64,000 nt of DNA from the NCBI GenBank assembly GCA_025786725.1, contig JAHLTZ010000004.1, forward strand, positions 372,001 to 436,000, written 5' to 3'. Positions 25,903 through 39,089 of the stretch are shown here, one piece after another. The translations under genes and the position numbers were made by a program. The notes beneath the pieces are model-generated. The model was not told the origin of the DNA and ran no database searches. It saw nothing but the letters and a program-made list of their open reading frames with translations. Numbering within the stretch: position 1 is the stretch's first letter; each line of letters begins with the position of its first letter. This stretch comes from Syncephalis fuscata S228. Taxonomy: Eukaryota; Fungi; Zoopagomycota.

Positions 25903-26912
25903 ATGACTAAGGAATGGGAAAAAGACGCTGAAAGACTGCTTGGTATTCCATTGCATCCACTTGGTGAAATAGATTTCTTTAGTTTTGTCAATATAAGAAC
26001 ACATAGCGATGCAACACCTAAAGCCGAAGCTCAGCATCGACTGATAGGAATTCAAATTCAACTGACATTTAGCATCGTGTTTGGAATTCTATCTGTTTAC
26101 AATCTAAGACGTTTAATCCAACAAATCGTAACTCACTCGTACGGTTTTCTCGATTTGTTTTATTTCATTCCGTCTTCTTTAGGCCTTGTATATGCTATGA
26201 TAGTTATGATCGCATCACTAACCAGTCATATGAATTGTAGGATAATTGTTTGGTATGCTATGACAGCCATTAGCATTTCGATGTTTTGCAACAGTATTAT
26301 TATACTTTACAAAACCTATCTCGTGCTATTGTCGCAACGCTGGGTAGCTATTTGCGGCACTATTTGCATTCTACCACAGCTCTTCTTTAGTCTTATTGCA
26401 TGTAAATATTCGCGTATTACATTGGAAGAATACTATGGTTGTTTTTATAACTATGACGATCTTGTCTCACTCTGTTGGTTTGGTATAATGATTCCCAGCA
26501 ACATACTTTTTTCGGGCATATTCAGCGTCGTGACATATAAACACTATAAAAGATACGGTTCTGACGCATGGAAAAGATTAGCTCGTGACAATATTCAGAT
26601 AATGTCTCTGGTGGTTCTTTGTAACATAATATGCTGTATTATTGCTATTTCTAAAATAGGGAATCATTTTTCAGGAAAGTTTTATGTTGTTGATTGGTAA
26701 GTATTCAATATAGTTCAAAATGTACCTAACATTTATCTAGGTATATTACATCAACGATACTTGTAAAATATGTTACGAAAAGACGTGCAACCAATATATA
26801 TAGCAATTCGGCAAAAAATGGACCAAATGATATTTACAGCATGGACGTTGATGTTAATAATACCAAAACGAACTATTCTAGCCGATTTGCAATTACTACC
26901 AATTATATATAA
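25903..26912 (+). CDS. 7TM GPCR-like protein copy B (about 321 aa; intron 26697-26740)
   Basis: Seven hydrophobic segments; Cys at the top of TM3 (MNCRII) and in ECL2 (YYGCF), the GPCR-type disulfide arrangement; TM7 is completed after a 44-nt GT-AG intron. Confidence 0.8.
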
Positions 26913-27745
26913 TTTTTAACACTAATACAAACTATGGCTGTTATTGGGTTTATATCATTTGCCTTAATATCAATAAACAACCTTAATTCAGCAAATTTAT
27001 TTAAAATAGTGTTGGTAGTTTTAGGAATTAGTGAAATGCAACGAAACTTACGCAAAACTGATGTGTAGTACTAAGCGACTAGTTATTGAGTATGTAAGCC
27101 ATTTACTTGATAATAATAGTATATAAAGTGGTAGCACCTGATTTGAAAATGGCCAACAAAAAGTAAGTAAACTGCTCATAATTCAGTGTGGCAATATAGT
27201 TTTATTTAATGTAAATTGTAATATACTTTAAGATAATAGATAATGCAATTTAAATAGTGAAAGGTTTTAGTTTTGCTAGTGTTAGATTATTGATACTATT
27301 AAATTATCTTTTGCTTTAGATTCCGCTCATTCGTAACACGATAGATACACAGACCGATATAAATGATGTTACAATAAAATAAAAATAAACTGTAGAATTG
27401 TAAAGCGCTTTTTATAACTTTCAATGTGCGCATGCTTATCATAGACTGTCACAGGTTGTCATTTTTAACATAAGCTATAATTATTGCTACTAGGCAGTTT
27501 TGGATATTCTTAAGTTTTAGCAATATGCAATTTAGTTTATTATTATGTCGTAATAGAAGCGGCTTTTTACAGCATCACACGACTTGCTATTTATAGCAAT
27601 AAGACCGGTTATTTTACGCCATGCATTTACTCGCCTTGGTCCAACTTGGAGTCTTTTGCTCAGACTATGCACTGCTTTAATTCTTTAAATACCCACTTTT
27701 TAGTTACTTTTTAATTTCGTCTATATTTGTGAATAGTGTTGAAAT

Positions 27746-28755
27746 ATGACTAAGGAATGGGAAAAAGACGCTGAAAGACTGCTTGGTATTCCATTGCATC
27801 CACTTGGTGAAATGGACTTTTTTAGTTTTGTCAACATAAGAACACATAGCGATGCAACACCTAAAGCCGAAGCTCAGCATCGATTGATAGGGCTTCAGCT
27901 TCAACTGACATTTGGCATTATATTTGGAATTTTATCTAGCTACAATATAAGCCGTTTGGTTCAACGTATTATAGCTCACTCATACAACTTTATCGATTTT
28001 TTTTATTTTATTCCATCTTCTTTAGGCGTTGGATACGCTATAACAGTCATATTGGCAACACTAACCGAACATCTAAATTGTAGGACAATTATTTGGTATG
28101 CTATAATGGCTGTAAGTATCTCGATGTTTTGCAACAGTACTATTATACTTTACAAAACCTATCTCGTGCTATTGTCGCAACGCTGGGTAGCTATTTGCGG
28201 CACTATTTGCATTCTACCACAGCTCTTCTTTAGTCTTATTGCATGCAAATACTCGTACATTACAGTAGAAGAATATTACGGCTGTGATTTTAAGTATGAT
28301 ATCATTGTTTCATTATGCTGGTTTGGCGTAATGATTCCCAGCAACATACTTTTTTCGGGCATATTCAGCGTCGTGACCTATAAACGTTATAAAAGATACG
28401 GTTATGACGCATGGAAACAATTAAACCGCGATAGTATTCAGATAATGGCTTTGGTGGTCCTCTGTAACATAATATGCTGTATTATTATTGTTTTTAGAAT
28501 AGGGGGTCATTCTTCAGGAAAAGTCTATATTGTTGATTGGTAAGTATTCAATATAGTTCAAAATGTACCTAACATTTATCTAGGTATACTACATCAACGA
28601 TACTTGTAAAATATGTTACGAAAAGACGTGCAACCAATATATATAGCAATTCGGCAAAAAATGGACCAAATGATATTTACAGCATGGACGTTGATGTTAA
28701 TAATACCAAAACAAACTATTCTAGCCGATTTGCAATTACTACCAATTATATATAA
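27746..28755 (+). CDS. 7TM GPCR-like protein copy C
   Basis: Tandem paralog of copy B at 1843 bp offset, same intron position. Confidence 0.8.
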
Positions 28756-29432
28756 TTTTTAACACTAATACAAACTATGGCTGTTATTGGGTTTATATCA
28801 TTTGCTTTAATATTAATAAACAATTTTAACTTGACAAATTCAACAATAGTAGCATTTGATCTACAAATGGTCAACAGTACAAATTAAAAGGCTTAATGGT
28901 TATTCGGTGCAATAATATAGTTTTAATTACTATAGGTTGCAGTATATTTAAAATAATAGATGATACAATTTAAATAATAAATGGTTTAGTTTTATTAACA
29001 ATATATTACTAATGCTACTGAATTATTTATTGTCTTGAATGCTATTTATTTATAACACAGCAGATACACAGGTTTATGTCAATGATTTTACAGTAAAAAT
29101 AAGAATAAACTGTAGAATTGTCATACTAACTACATAATTTTTCCAATGTTTTTAAGTTGAAGAATGCTATAGCTTAATGTAATTACTGACATACAGCAAT
29201 GACCAAAGATGAATAAGGCTGGCAAACGAACTCCTTTGCTGCGATAAAGCCGGTCTAGAGTTTATTTTATATTGTTTATGTAAACTTTAACAGTAATATC
29301 ATTTATTATACTTATTACATATTCTTAGCACAGTTAGTGTAAACTAATAAATATAAAATTAAGATAGGCATTTATTAGCTTAAACCAAACAATCATAGAC
29401 CAAAAATACCATCCAAGTAGTTTAAAATTGGA

Positions 29433-30568
29433 TTACTGGCTATTTCGAGCATTTTGACCAGTAGGCGAATTTGGACGAGATAAAGTGCCAGCTGAATTGG
29501 TAGGTGAGTTTTGATGGTTTGAAGAAGCAATCAAGATATGATTTTGACTAAGCTGATAAGTAGGCATCTCTTCATCACTCAACAATAAGCCAGGATAATT
29601 ATTACTCACCATTTGTCGAGTGTCCACGCCCTCTTCTGGTAAAGAGTCTGAAAAAGCATAAAGACTCGCAAAAATGTGTTCTATATTGTTATCCAATTGT
29701 CTAAGCTTCTGAGTACTTCTTATGGTACCATCATTTAGTTTTATAGTAAAAGCATTCTTATCAGCTCTAATCAATATGTTGTTTCTCCAATCAAGACATA
29801 TATCTTATAAAAATTAATAACTTAGTCAGCAAGCAAATTATTTGACTTACTATTGCTGTCCGAGCTGTAGTACCAATTATTTCTTCTCAAATACATTAGC
29901 CCTAAATGTATGTCAGCAACAATATAAGTTTCAAGTACTGTGGCACTTACCTTTTCCAATTTGTTCAATTAGGCTAGATGATCTCATACCTGCAAAAAGA
30001 GAGTCATTTTCATTCTCTTTTTTCAAAAAACTGGCAAGCGTTCCACTACAAGTGTCTGGTGTAACATAGCAAAATCCCTTTTTAACGGGGAAGCTGATGC
30101 TTGGTCCTGCAACAAATTGACTACCTTCTGTAGAAATCTTATTTGGTGGGCCCGTGGGTGGTTTCAGTGTCTGTAAGTATGTTGTTATTAGTCAGTTGTT
30201 GTAAAAATCGATAACAGACTTACAGCGTACAGTTGTAAAAAACTGTTTTTACTGTGCGTATCTGCATCCGCGCATACTACATTTACATATCCCATTTTAT
30301 AAATTGCTTTAGCATAGTGAATGCCGCTATCTGGAAGACCTCTTTCTACGATTTTAATGCCATTTTTTACAAATGGGCTGTCTCCGTCTACTGAGTAACC
30401 ATAAAATGGAAGTTCTTCTGCATATGTCTAGTGTGGTATTTTAATTAGTTGAGATATTTTTATGCTTGTGTATCATACCATTTTAAGCACTGAGGGTACA
30501 CCAAGAGCTGATGTTGAGTTTACTATGCGGAGAGCAATAGTGATCGTAAAAAGTAGTTTAGAGAACAT
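29433..30568 (-). CDS. Secreted protein-kinase-like (pseudokinase) protein, 5 exons
   Basis: Signal-like MFSKLLFTITIALRIVNSTSALG; then FCYVTPDTCSGTLASFL (hinge/alphaD-like), LIEQIGKGLMYLRRNNWYY (alphaE-like), ICLDWRNNILIRAD (beta7-8-like); no HRD or DFG. Confidence 0.55.
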
Positions 30569-31683
30569 TGTAATAAATCTAAATGTCAGGTACCGAGGTT
30601 GGTAATCGTTAAAAATGGTTGTAAAGCGGGAAATGTAAATGATAAGAGGATAGAATTAAAAAACGTTCCAGTTTTATAGCAGACTGTTATTGGAAAAATA
30701 TGTTTCGGTAAAACAAGCCGACTACCATCTCAAAAAGATCAATGGCGTTTTGCCAAAAGTGATAAGCGGAATATTAAAAAAATGCTTTTAGCTATTTCGG
30801 ATGTTAAAAAGGGTCAGTCTCAAAATGTATTACCAAAACATTTCAAACAATGCCTCGTGTAATGGATTGTATTCCAATCTCAGCACTCATCCAAATACCA
30901 CTTTATTGCCAAATATACATATTGAGCATGCTGTGCGTTTGATTGAAACAAAAGCCATCGTTACTTGAGCACGACAATTGAAATTTACAAACTTTAGACG
31001 ATCAATATAGTAGCAATGGTAAATTGATATCTAAAAACAATAGCTATTTATCAATACCAATTTAGCAATTCTAAAAATAGGTCTAATATACTACAATTTA
31101 TCTATTCCGCAGTATCATCATAATAGCCCAACATCAAAGGGCTGTAATTTTGTAATTAAACTAAAACTTAAAACAAAACTATGGCCAATAATTATGCTAG
31201 GCTTTTAAAATGTACATAACTTATTGGTTTGTATTTAACGCATTTGATGGAAACCACGCTAGAGACATTAAAAACTCTATCGGCATAGTATCTATCAAAG
31301 TTATCTTTTTAGTTTGATGTTGCCCTTATGTCTATTTATTTTCTATTAATTTATATACTCGAATAAGTGATATTTGTATCATTAGGCTAAAAATAGCTTA
31401 GATGTTCGATGTTCTATAAAACATAAAAGGCGTAGTTTATTCTCTTTATCGTAAAGTGTTTCAAATACAAACTACATTAAAAAATAACACAAACGCAACT
31501 AGCCTATTTTGAAAAAACGCCATACAATTTTTATCATAAAAATGCTGCAATCACAAATACATTGAAGAATGTCGTATGAATATTGCCAAATAGCGTAGCC
31601 AATATTATTGTAAATTAAATTTTATATCCTTGGATTAATTAAACATTGCAAACTACACAATCTGAAATTATATCAAATTTATT

Positions 31684-33021
31684 TTAATTAGAAGAAGAGA
31701 AAAAAGGGTAGTCAGTATATCCTTTGGAGCCTGGAGTGTAAAAAGTATCACGATTATATGGGTTTAATGCCCAACTGTTAAGAAAACGAGCTGGGAGATC
31801 TGGATTGGCAATAAATAGACGGCCAAATGAGACGATGTCGGCACGATTGGCTTCTACGGCTTCGTTTGCCGAATCACCCGTATAGCCACCGGAACGAATA
31901 ACAGCACTACCGCCTTTCTGTATTTCATTAATAATCGGCTCAATACTTGGGATAGGCTTGATTGCCTCAGAGCCCTCAGCGTACCCAATACGAGGCTCGA
32001 TAATATGAACATAGGCGACACCGAGCTGTGTAACGGTTTGAACTGCTTCGGAGTACAGAGCAATCGGATTGTTGTCATGCATATCATTACTATTTCCATA
32101 AGGTGAAAAGCGAATGCCTACACGGTCGCTGCCAAATACATCAATGGCAGCTTTGACAACTTGGCTACAAAAACGAATGCGATTCCTAATAGAGCCGCCG
32201 TATTCGTCAGTTCGCTGATTAGTTCTACTTTCTAAAAACTGGTTGATCAAATAACCGTTGGCTCCATGGAGTTCCACGCCATCAAAGCCTGCCTCTTTTG
32301 CATTGATACTGGCACGGCGATAATCCTCTACAATAGTGGCAATTTCATTCTTTCCCAATGCTCGCGGGACCTCATACGGAACCGATTTCCATGTTTTATT
32401 CATAGTAGTAGCGCCCGAAATCGCTATTGGTGATGGTGCAACAGGTGGCTGATTGTTGGGCATAAAGTCTAGTTTATCGTTATTATTATTAATTTACCAG
32501 AAATCTATGTTTTCACTTTAACTTACCGCTATGGCAATCGCGTCCCCGATGCCTATTGATTATGCAAACAGCTAATTAGCTAATAAATTCTTCAATAATA
32601 CAGATATACATACCAAAGCTGCATTACAAATATAGTCTCGGGCGACTTTTCTTTTACAGATTTTACTATTTCTTTCCAAGCATCACGCTGCTTAGTCGTC
32701 CAAATACCCGGTACACTAAAACTACCGACGCCTGTATCAGATACGCCTGTCGCCTCAGTAATCAATAAACCTCCCGGGGTTGCTCTCTGTGCGTAATATT
32801 CGCCGGCTAATGAAGTATGTACATTCTGTAATAAGAATTATATGAGATAGGTTAATGTTTTAGTTACACAATACACGAACTATTGGAAAGTTGACAGTCT
32901 GAAATTTGCTTACATTAATTGCGCGGCAGCGCGTTAATGGGGCTAAAGCAATACGGTGATTTAACGGCCAGGCCCCAACATTCAATGGCTTAAACAGATG
33001 CTTAACAGCTGTGGTAGACAT
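31684..33021 (-). CDS. OYE: Old yellow enzyme (FMN-dependent NADPH ene-reductase)
   Basis: HRIALAPLTRCR, YYAQRATPGGLLITEAT, GFDGVELHGANGYL (His/Asn/Tyr active site), RTDEYGGS, FGRLFIANPDLP, GYTDYP. Confidence 0.95.
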
Positions 33022-33872
33022 ACTGACACTCGGCTATGATTGATCAAACTAAGTTAAATGTGAAATGAGTAGTTTATTTTAAGAAATAACTCGACGCATT
33101 TTATATGCAGAATTCTCGTAGGATGCTGACTAAAAATTGGTACTAAAATACGCGCTAGCTGATCTATGGGTAATTCCACAGCTAGGTCCGTGCTCAGTAA
33201 TACTGATCATCAGTAATTCAAATATCTTGCCGAGATCCGGTGTGCAAATAATAATACATCCAGACAGATGATTGGTGGAATTACAATGGACCAGTGAAAC
33301 ATTTGTATTATTACTAATTCCTGCAATGAAGCGCCACATGATTGGCCAAACAATTAGTAAATTTCTTATTACAAGTATACTATAGTTAGCTGTGTATGTC
33401 GAATAAAACAACTACTGTAGTCAATATTTACTTGACCACGCGCTAACCAAAGTCACAAAACATAAATATTTTATTTTGATAGACATTGGTGATAAATAGA
33501 CATAAAGTTTTGTTAGGTTATAATAATTAAATCTATACTAATACTATTAATAAATAAATGTAGTATTTATTTATCATCTAGCAACTGAATATTTAGTAAC
33601 ATCGCAATAGAAAATAGTATTTTAAAAGCGAAATTTAATTTACAAATAAGCAATATTTTATTTTTATAATAATAATTTTTAAATCATTTGATCTAAATAA
33701 ATAGCAAATAATATTTATAAAGCCACCTTTTATCTAAAATAGTATCGATATTACAGAGTCTAAACAATGCTCATTTTACAGCGATGGTGTTGGTGCTGAC
33801 CCAAACGCAATGTGATTTTAAATGTTCGCCTGAATTTAGCTCGAGTCAATCAATCTTTTTTTTCTTTTTCCA

Positions 33873-35321
33873 ATGAAAGCCACTTTTGAAAACCACTCCA
33901 GCGGTACAGACGACGTTGACCGTGACGCCGAAGCACAACACAGCCAGGCAAGCGTAAGCGTGACGCGTCAGCCGGCTCCAATGCTCGGTCTGGCCATTCC
34001 AGCATGCGGAAACGGGATTTCTGGGCTGGTCTAACTCGTTTCCTTGATGCGTTTTTTAGGTTGGCTTCAAAAGATTAAGGCCAACTTGTCATAGCTAATC
34101 TACCCCATACCTTCTATAGAAAAGATGCATACGGCTTTTTTCACCAGCCTGTCGATACCACGATAGTGACCGACTATCTTACGGTAATTCGTAAACCGAT
34201 GGATCTTACGACCATGCGAACCAAAGTACTTGAGCATAGTTATGTAACTTTAGAGGAATTTAGAGTAAGTAGCCATTGCCACTTCAATGCAATAATATCA
34301 ATGGCCACTTTTTGCATTATAGGATGACATTGCATTAATATGCAATAATGCACGTATTTATAATAAGCCAGACACCATCTACTATCGAGAGGCTGCTCGA
34401 CTATGGGAGTATGCTGATCGAGTGCTTAAACGAAGCGGATCTCATTTGTTGTCACCTGAAAAAGACGATCAACCTGAACAAACCATTGCTGCCCACCACG
34501 AATCATCCGAATGGAACAAAAAGAATTGGAACGAAGAAGAAGTAGATGTAGTTGGTATGTTGGCCGATGGGCAAACCTCAACGCGAATCAATACGACAGT
34601 ATCAGCGACGACAACACCGGTATCCGTGCGATCATCCAGTGGAAATCAACATAAAACAAACGATTCATCCTACTCATCTGGTAAATGTTATATTATTAGT
34701 TAAGTGTACATTAAAATATTAATTGCCATTGTGACAAATAGTATCTACCAAAAAACCAGCCTATCATAATATTCGACGACGTAAATATGTCGATGCATCA
34801 TTCCGCACACTGGCCGATGGTAGCTTCAAAGAGTGTAAGTTACGCAATATTATTTTGCAAAATTATCTTATAATTATGTATAGTTGAAGAGGAACAATGG
34901 CTGGCTAGCTTGCCTGATTATGGCCTGCCACCAACCTTGCAGGTAACATCCGTAACCAACAACAATAAAGGCAGTGAAATTATAGAAAAGCCTGGTAAGT
35001 AATTTATTAATTAGCGACTGTTTTAGTTTAACACTGCCATAACAATGGTTTTTATTAGCTGGGTTTTTAGATTATGGTCCCTATGCTAGATTGGCACCAA
35101 AGAATCCGCCCCCTACTGCTGATCGAGCCATGTACTTGTTCTCTACATATGGTGACGAGATCGGAGAAGCTTATGCACGTAGCCTTGAAGCATTTACCTG
35201 TGACATGGATGATGATGTTAAATTGTTGGTACACGAACGGTTAAACCGTTTATCAGAAGGAGCACATGCCATTGTACATCAAGTGGTGCAAATTGCAGCA
35301 CAACAAAATGAAACCAAATAA
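33873..35321 (+). CDS. Bromodomain protein, BRD7/BRD9-like
   Basis: KDAYGFFHQPVD..DYLTVIRKPMDL..LICNNARIYNKPDTIYYREA bromodomain; downstream LDYGPYARLAP..STYGDEIGEAYARSL resembles the BRD7/9 C-terminal conserved region; 5' exon structure uncertain. Confidence 0.8.
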
Positions 35322-35406
35322 ATAAACATTGTTGATAGGAAACGTATAGGCATATATTTATAATTATATCTGTATATGTTATGATAAACATTAATGATAG
35401 ACCCAT

Positions 35407-38400
35407 TTAAGCCGCCGATGTATTTAAAGGCTGTGTAAGGGCCGCTGACGCTTCTTGAGAGTGACGAGGAGTTTGACTAATCTCCGACGGAGTATCGTTG
35501 TAGCCATTTATATGACTATTATGCATGACCTGAGACGCCAATCCACCTCGAGGAATGCATTTGCCCGGAGTATCAATAGCAAATGGCAATGGAATCTCGC
35601 GAATGGCTCGGAAATTACCACAATTATTAACGTGCTACGTTATAATAAATGTCATCATTAATATCGTATATTATTGTATTATTATAAACACCTACTTCGT
35701 TCTCCATACGGTAGAAGTTCCATTGGAAGCGTCTAGTTAAATAGTTTGTCAAAAAATATACACTTTTTCTAAATTAATCTACCTAAATACTTCGAGTAAA
35801 GCTAGAATGAATGCGACAATTCGATGGTCATAAAATATGCCCCATAGACTTGGAGAAATATTCAATAGCCATGCAGCACGCAGTAACAAATCCGATCCCA
35901 TAGCAAAGTAATAGGTCTATTAAATATTGGTTAACAACTGAGTTAAATGGTAGTCATTAATACTTACCCATTTATAAGGGAAAACAAGTTCATCGCGTAA
36001 AAATCGATTTTTACTGCCTTGTTGAAAGAATCCCCAGTCCATGTAGAGATCCCAGAAGGTTGCATAACCTGTTACAAAAATAGATACAATGATCCAGAGA
36101 ATCTTCCATATTGATTGATCTGTATAAAGACAAATAGACGATTAGATAAATAAATACAAATAGATGTGGGCTTACCCGAAATACGATTTGCAGCTGCCAG
36201 GAATGTTACGGCAATAGTACCGCTATATTTAAATGCATTGGCCAAATGAGGCCATGCCATCTTCGAATCATAGTATCGACGAAGGCATTGCATTAAACGC
36301 CAGAATGGAGGTAGAACGGCAATAAATGGAGTAATCCAACTAACTTGTAATCACAGTGATCGCCTAAATATAAAGTGTTAATACCATGTATGTTTACTGA
36401 TAACACTACTCACCAAGCTCTTCCCAATCAGTGACATAAGTGCAAACTGTCAATTGAAGCATAGTAAACAGATACACTAGACTACAAAGTTCATCAGCAA
36501 TAAAAAAGTCACGGAACTGAACGTCAAAAAGACCACTAAAGAAAATACGTGTCTATTAAACAGGGATATATATATATATATATAAGTAATGTGTAAATAT
36601 ATTCATTAGCATAATATACAACTTACCGCAACTATAATACTCCAGCGTCTTGCTGAGTAGTAGAATATATTGAATGGCAAAAACATAATAGCCAGTACAA
36701 TACCTATGAAGATAGCCGGGAAATATTCAGATGGCAGTGTATCAGGCCATGGATTTGTTACAGATATTGCTACACAATAAGCAAATATAACAAAGAATAC
36801 ACCGGGAAACTACAATGATTAAATACCATGGGTGGTTAGTAATTGCTATTAATGCTGTTCCACTACTAACTTACTTCAAGAAATTGATAAAAATGCAGAT
36901 GATCACGTGGATCAACTTCAAAAATAAACTTGTAATTAACATGATACCGTGTCCAGGCACGCACATTAATGGCGAATAACAGCATAAACAAAACTGGTAA
37001 AAAGAAACTACTAAATATCTGCAATAGTCTAGAATCAAGCGAATCACGGCCTGCACCATCCTTGGCAACTATAATACAAGCATTAGTAGAGTAACTTATA
37101 TATATACATATAGTCTAGTTATTATTACCCTGTGATACAGCATGGAAAATAGCAGGAATGCCCAAGCCTAAGTAAAGACCAAATCGAAACATGGGTGCAC
37201 GGAACGACTAAATAAATAGGTTAAAAGTCTGTATAATATACATGCAACTCTATTGCTTACGTGTAATTCCTCAGAAGGTAATCGCAGCAATTGCATAGCA
37301 CGTCTTCTTGATCCATCTTCAAAATGTCTAGTAAATAGTTCCTATAATGCATGTTAATAAATAGATAGATACTTGTAATAACTGCTTGTTCTTACCTCAG
37401 CACGTCCTTGTGTCTGTTGAATACTGTCAGAGTGGGCAAAGTCGTAATCTTCCATTTTCTTTAAATAGTAATCTTTAAATTTACGGTCTGCCATCTACAA
37501 TAGCGTTTAAATGGTTATTATATGTTGTTATACTTTATCACTGACTTACCTTGTCAAACTTTTTTAGGATTTTAACAAATCCTGATTGATTTAATGTCTA
37601 TACATAAGAAATAATTAGTCTTATTTTGCTATGATAAATAGTAGCTTACACGATAATTTTGGAGTAAACGGATATTACGATAGTATTCTAATAAAGCCTT
37701 GCGAATACGGCGCTTGGCTGCCTTAATTTGAGTATCAATCCGATGATCTTCTGATGCTAAGGCTCCCACCGAATCTCTATCTCCATTGACTGAAGGCGTG
37801 GCCGATTGAGTTGGCTGCCAAGCTTGTCCCAGATGGCGCAAATAAGCTATATTGGCTTGTTGCAATCGAGCAATAATGGCCGTCGATGGGGATAACGACT
37901 TTGATTCATTAGTCAAAGGGATACTAGGTATAGTCGTGCCATCCTCAAGAACACGCAGAGATGCAGGTGTATCTATTATGGTCATCATACGTGTCAATAG
38001 TAGATATCAAATAATAGAATACATAGTGATACCGTCATCAATACTATCTAATCGTTAATGACTTACTAGGAGGAGTTAATTTATCTTTACTGCCATCTGC
38101 TTGTCCTTGTTCATATGATGCAATAATATCACATTGTTTTTGTAATAGCTCCAATCGTTCAAGTAATTTAGTCTCGTTTTCTAATCAAAAAATAAACACT
38201 CTATATAATAAAATATAGTCTATTTACCTTTATAAAATTGTTCAACCATTTCCAATTCAACATTTAACATATCAAAGAACTCCACTTCTTCTTGCGTGCA
38301 ATCCAATAATAACAGTGAAAGTTCTCGTTCCGCCTCTGTTTCATTTAATGTATTAGTGAATTTCTATTAATAGATTAATATGAATGGTAATATTTACCGT

Positions 38401-39089
38401 GCGGTGTCATTTCATTGGGTGGCTTAATAACATTTTTACCACTAGATGATTTTCTTGAATGTAGTGTATTATTATCCTCGTTATCGAGTGGTGGCAATGA
38501 CCAGCCAAGACTTGTTGATACACGGCGTAGTATATTAATACCGGATTGAGTGCTGAAATTGCGGAAATGACCACGCTTTGGCGCTACTGGGTTATGAACA
38601 GTACTATGTGGAGATTATATGATGAAGCCGTAGCTAACAACGGCTCTCGAGACGGTGTCTCAACGGCATACTAACGCGGTGACCACCATTTGGTGTAACG
38701 GCTGACGGACTAGTAATAGTTGGCTCATTTGTCGGAGATGTTGATAATGCCGACGCGAGTATTATCTCAGCATTCATATCATTATCGTTCGTATCCCACC
38801 GGCTTATCGATAGCAGCAATATCAGCAGCACCACTACCGTTAAATGGTGTGGATGAATCTTTCTGGGATAACGTGCCATAGTGACGATCCCCACGACCAT
38901 CAAGCGAAAGACGCTGGTCCTTTGATTTTGATCGCTTAGTTGGTACATAAGCCGCAGTTGATCCATCTTGTATCATCGCGTCCGTGCAGAGTGGACCCGC
39001 TTTATGGCCTTTTTAAGCCCTTTATAATCGATATACTTTTTGCGCCATTCAGGCACAGATTCTGCGTACAAATACTTTGCAAATTTCAT
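35407..39089 (-). CDS. SYG1: SPX-EXS domain phosphate exporter (Syg1/XPR1 family)
   Basis: MKFAKYL..VPEWRKKYIDYKGLKK (SPX), LNQSGFVKILKKFDK, FRDFFIADEL.SL, QCLRRYYD..HLANAFKY, RFQWNFYRMENEH.NNCG.FRA. Confidence 0.95.

Noticed and set aside
31684-33021. OYE as a recent bacterial horizontal transfer
   Set aside because: Three spliceosomal introns and host-like composition; the family is widespread in fungi, and only a phylogeny could decide
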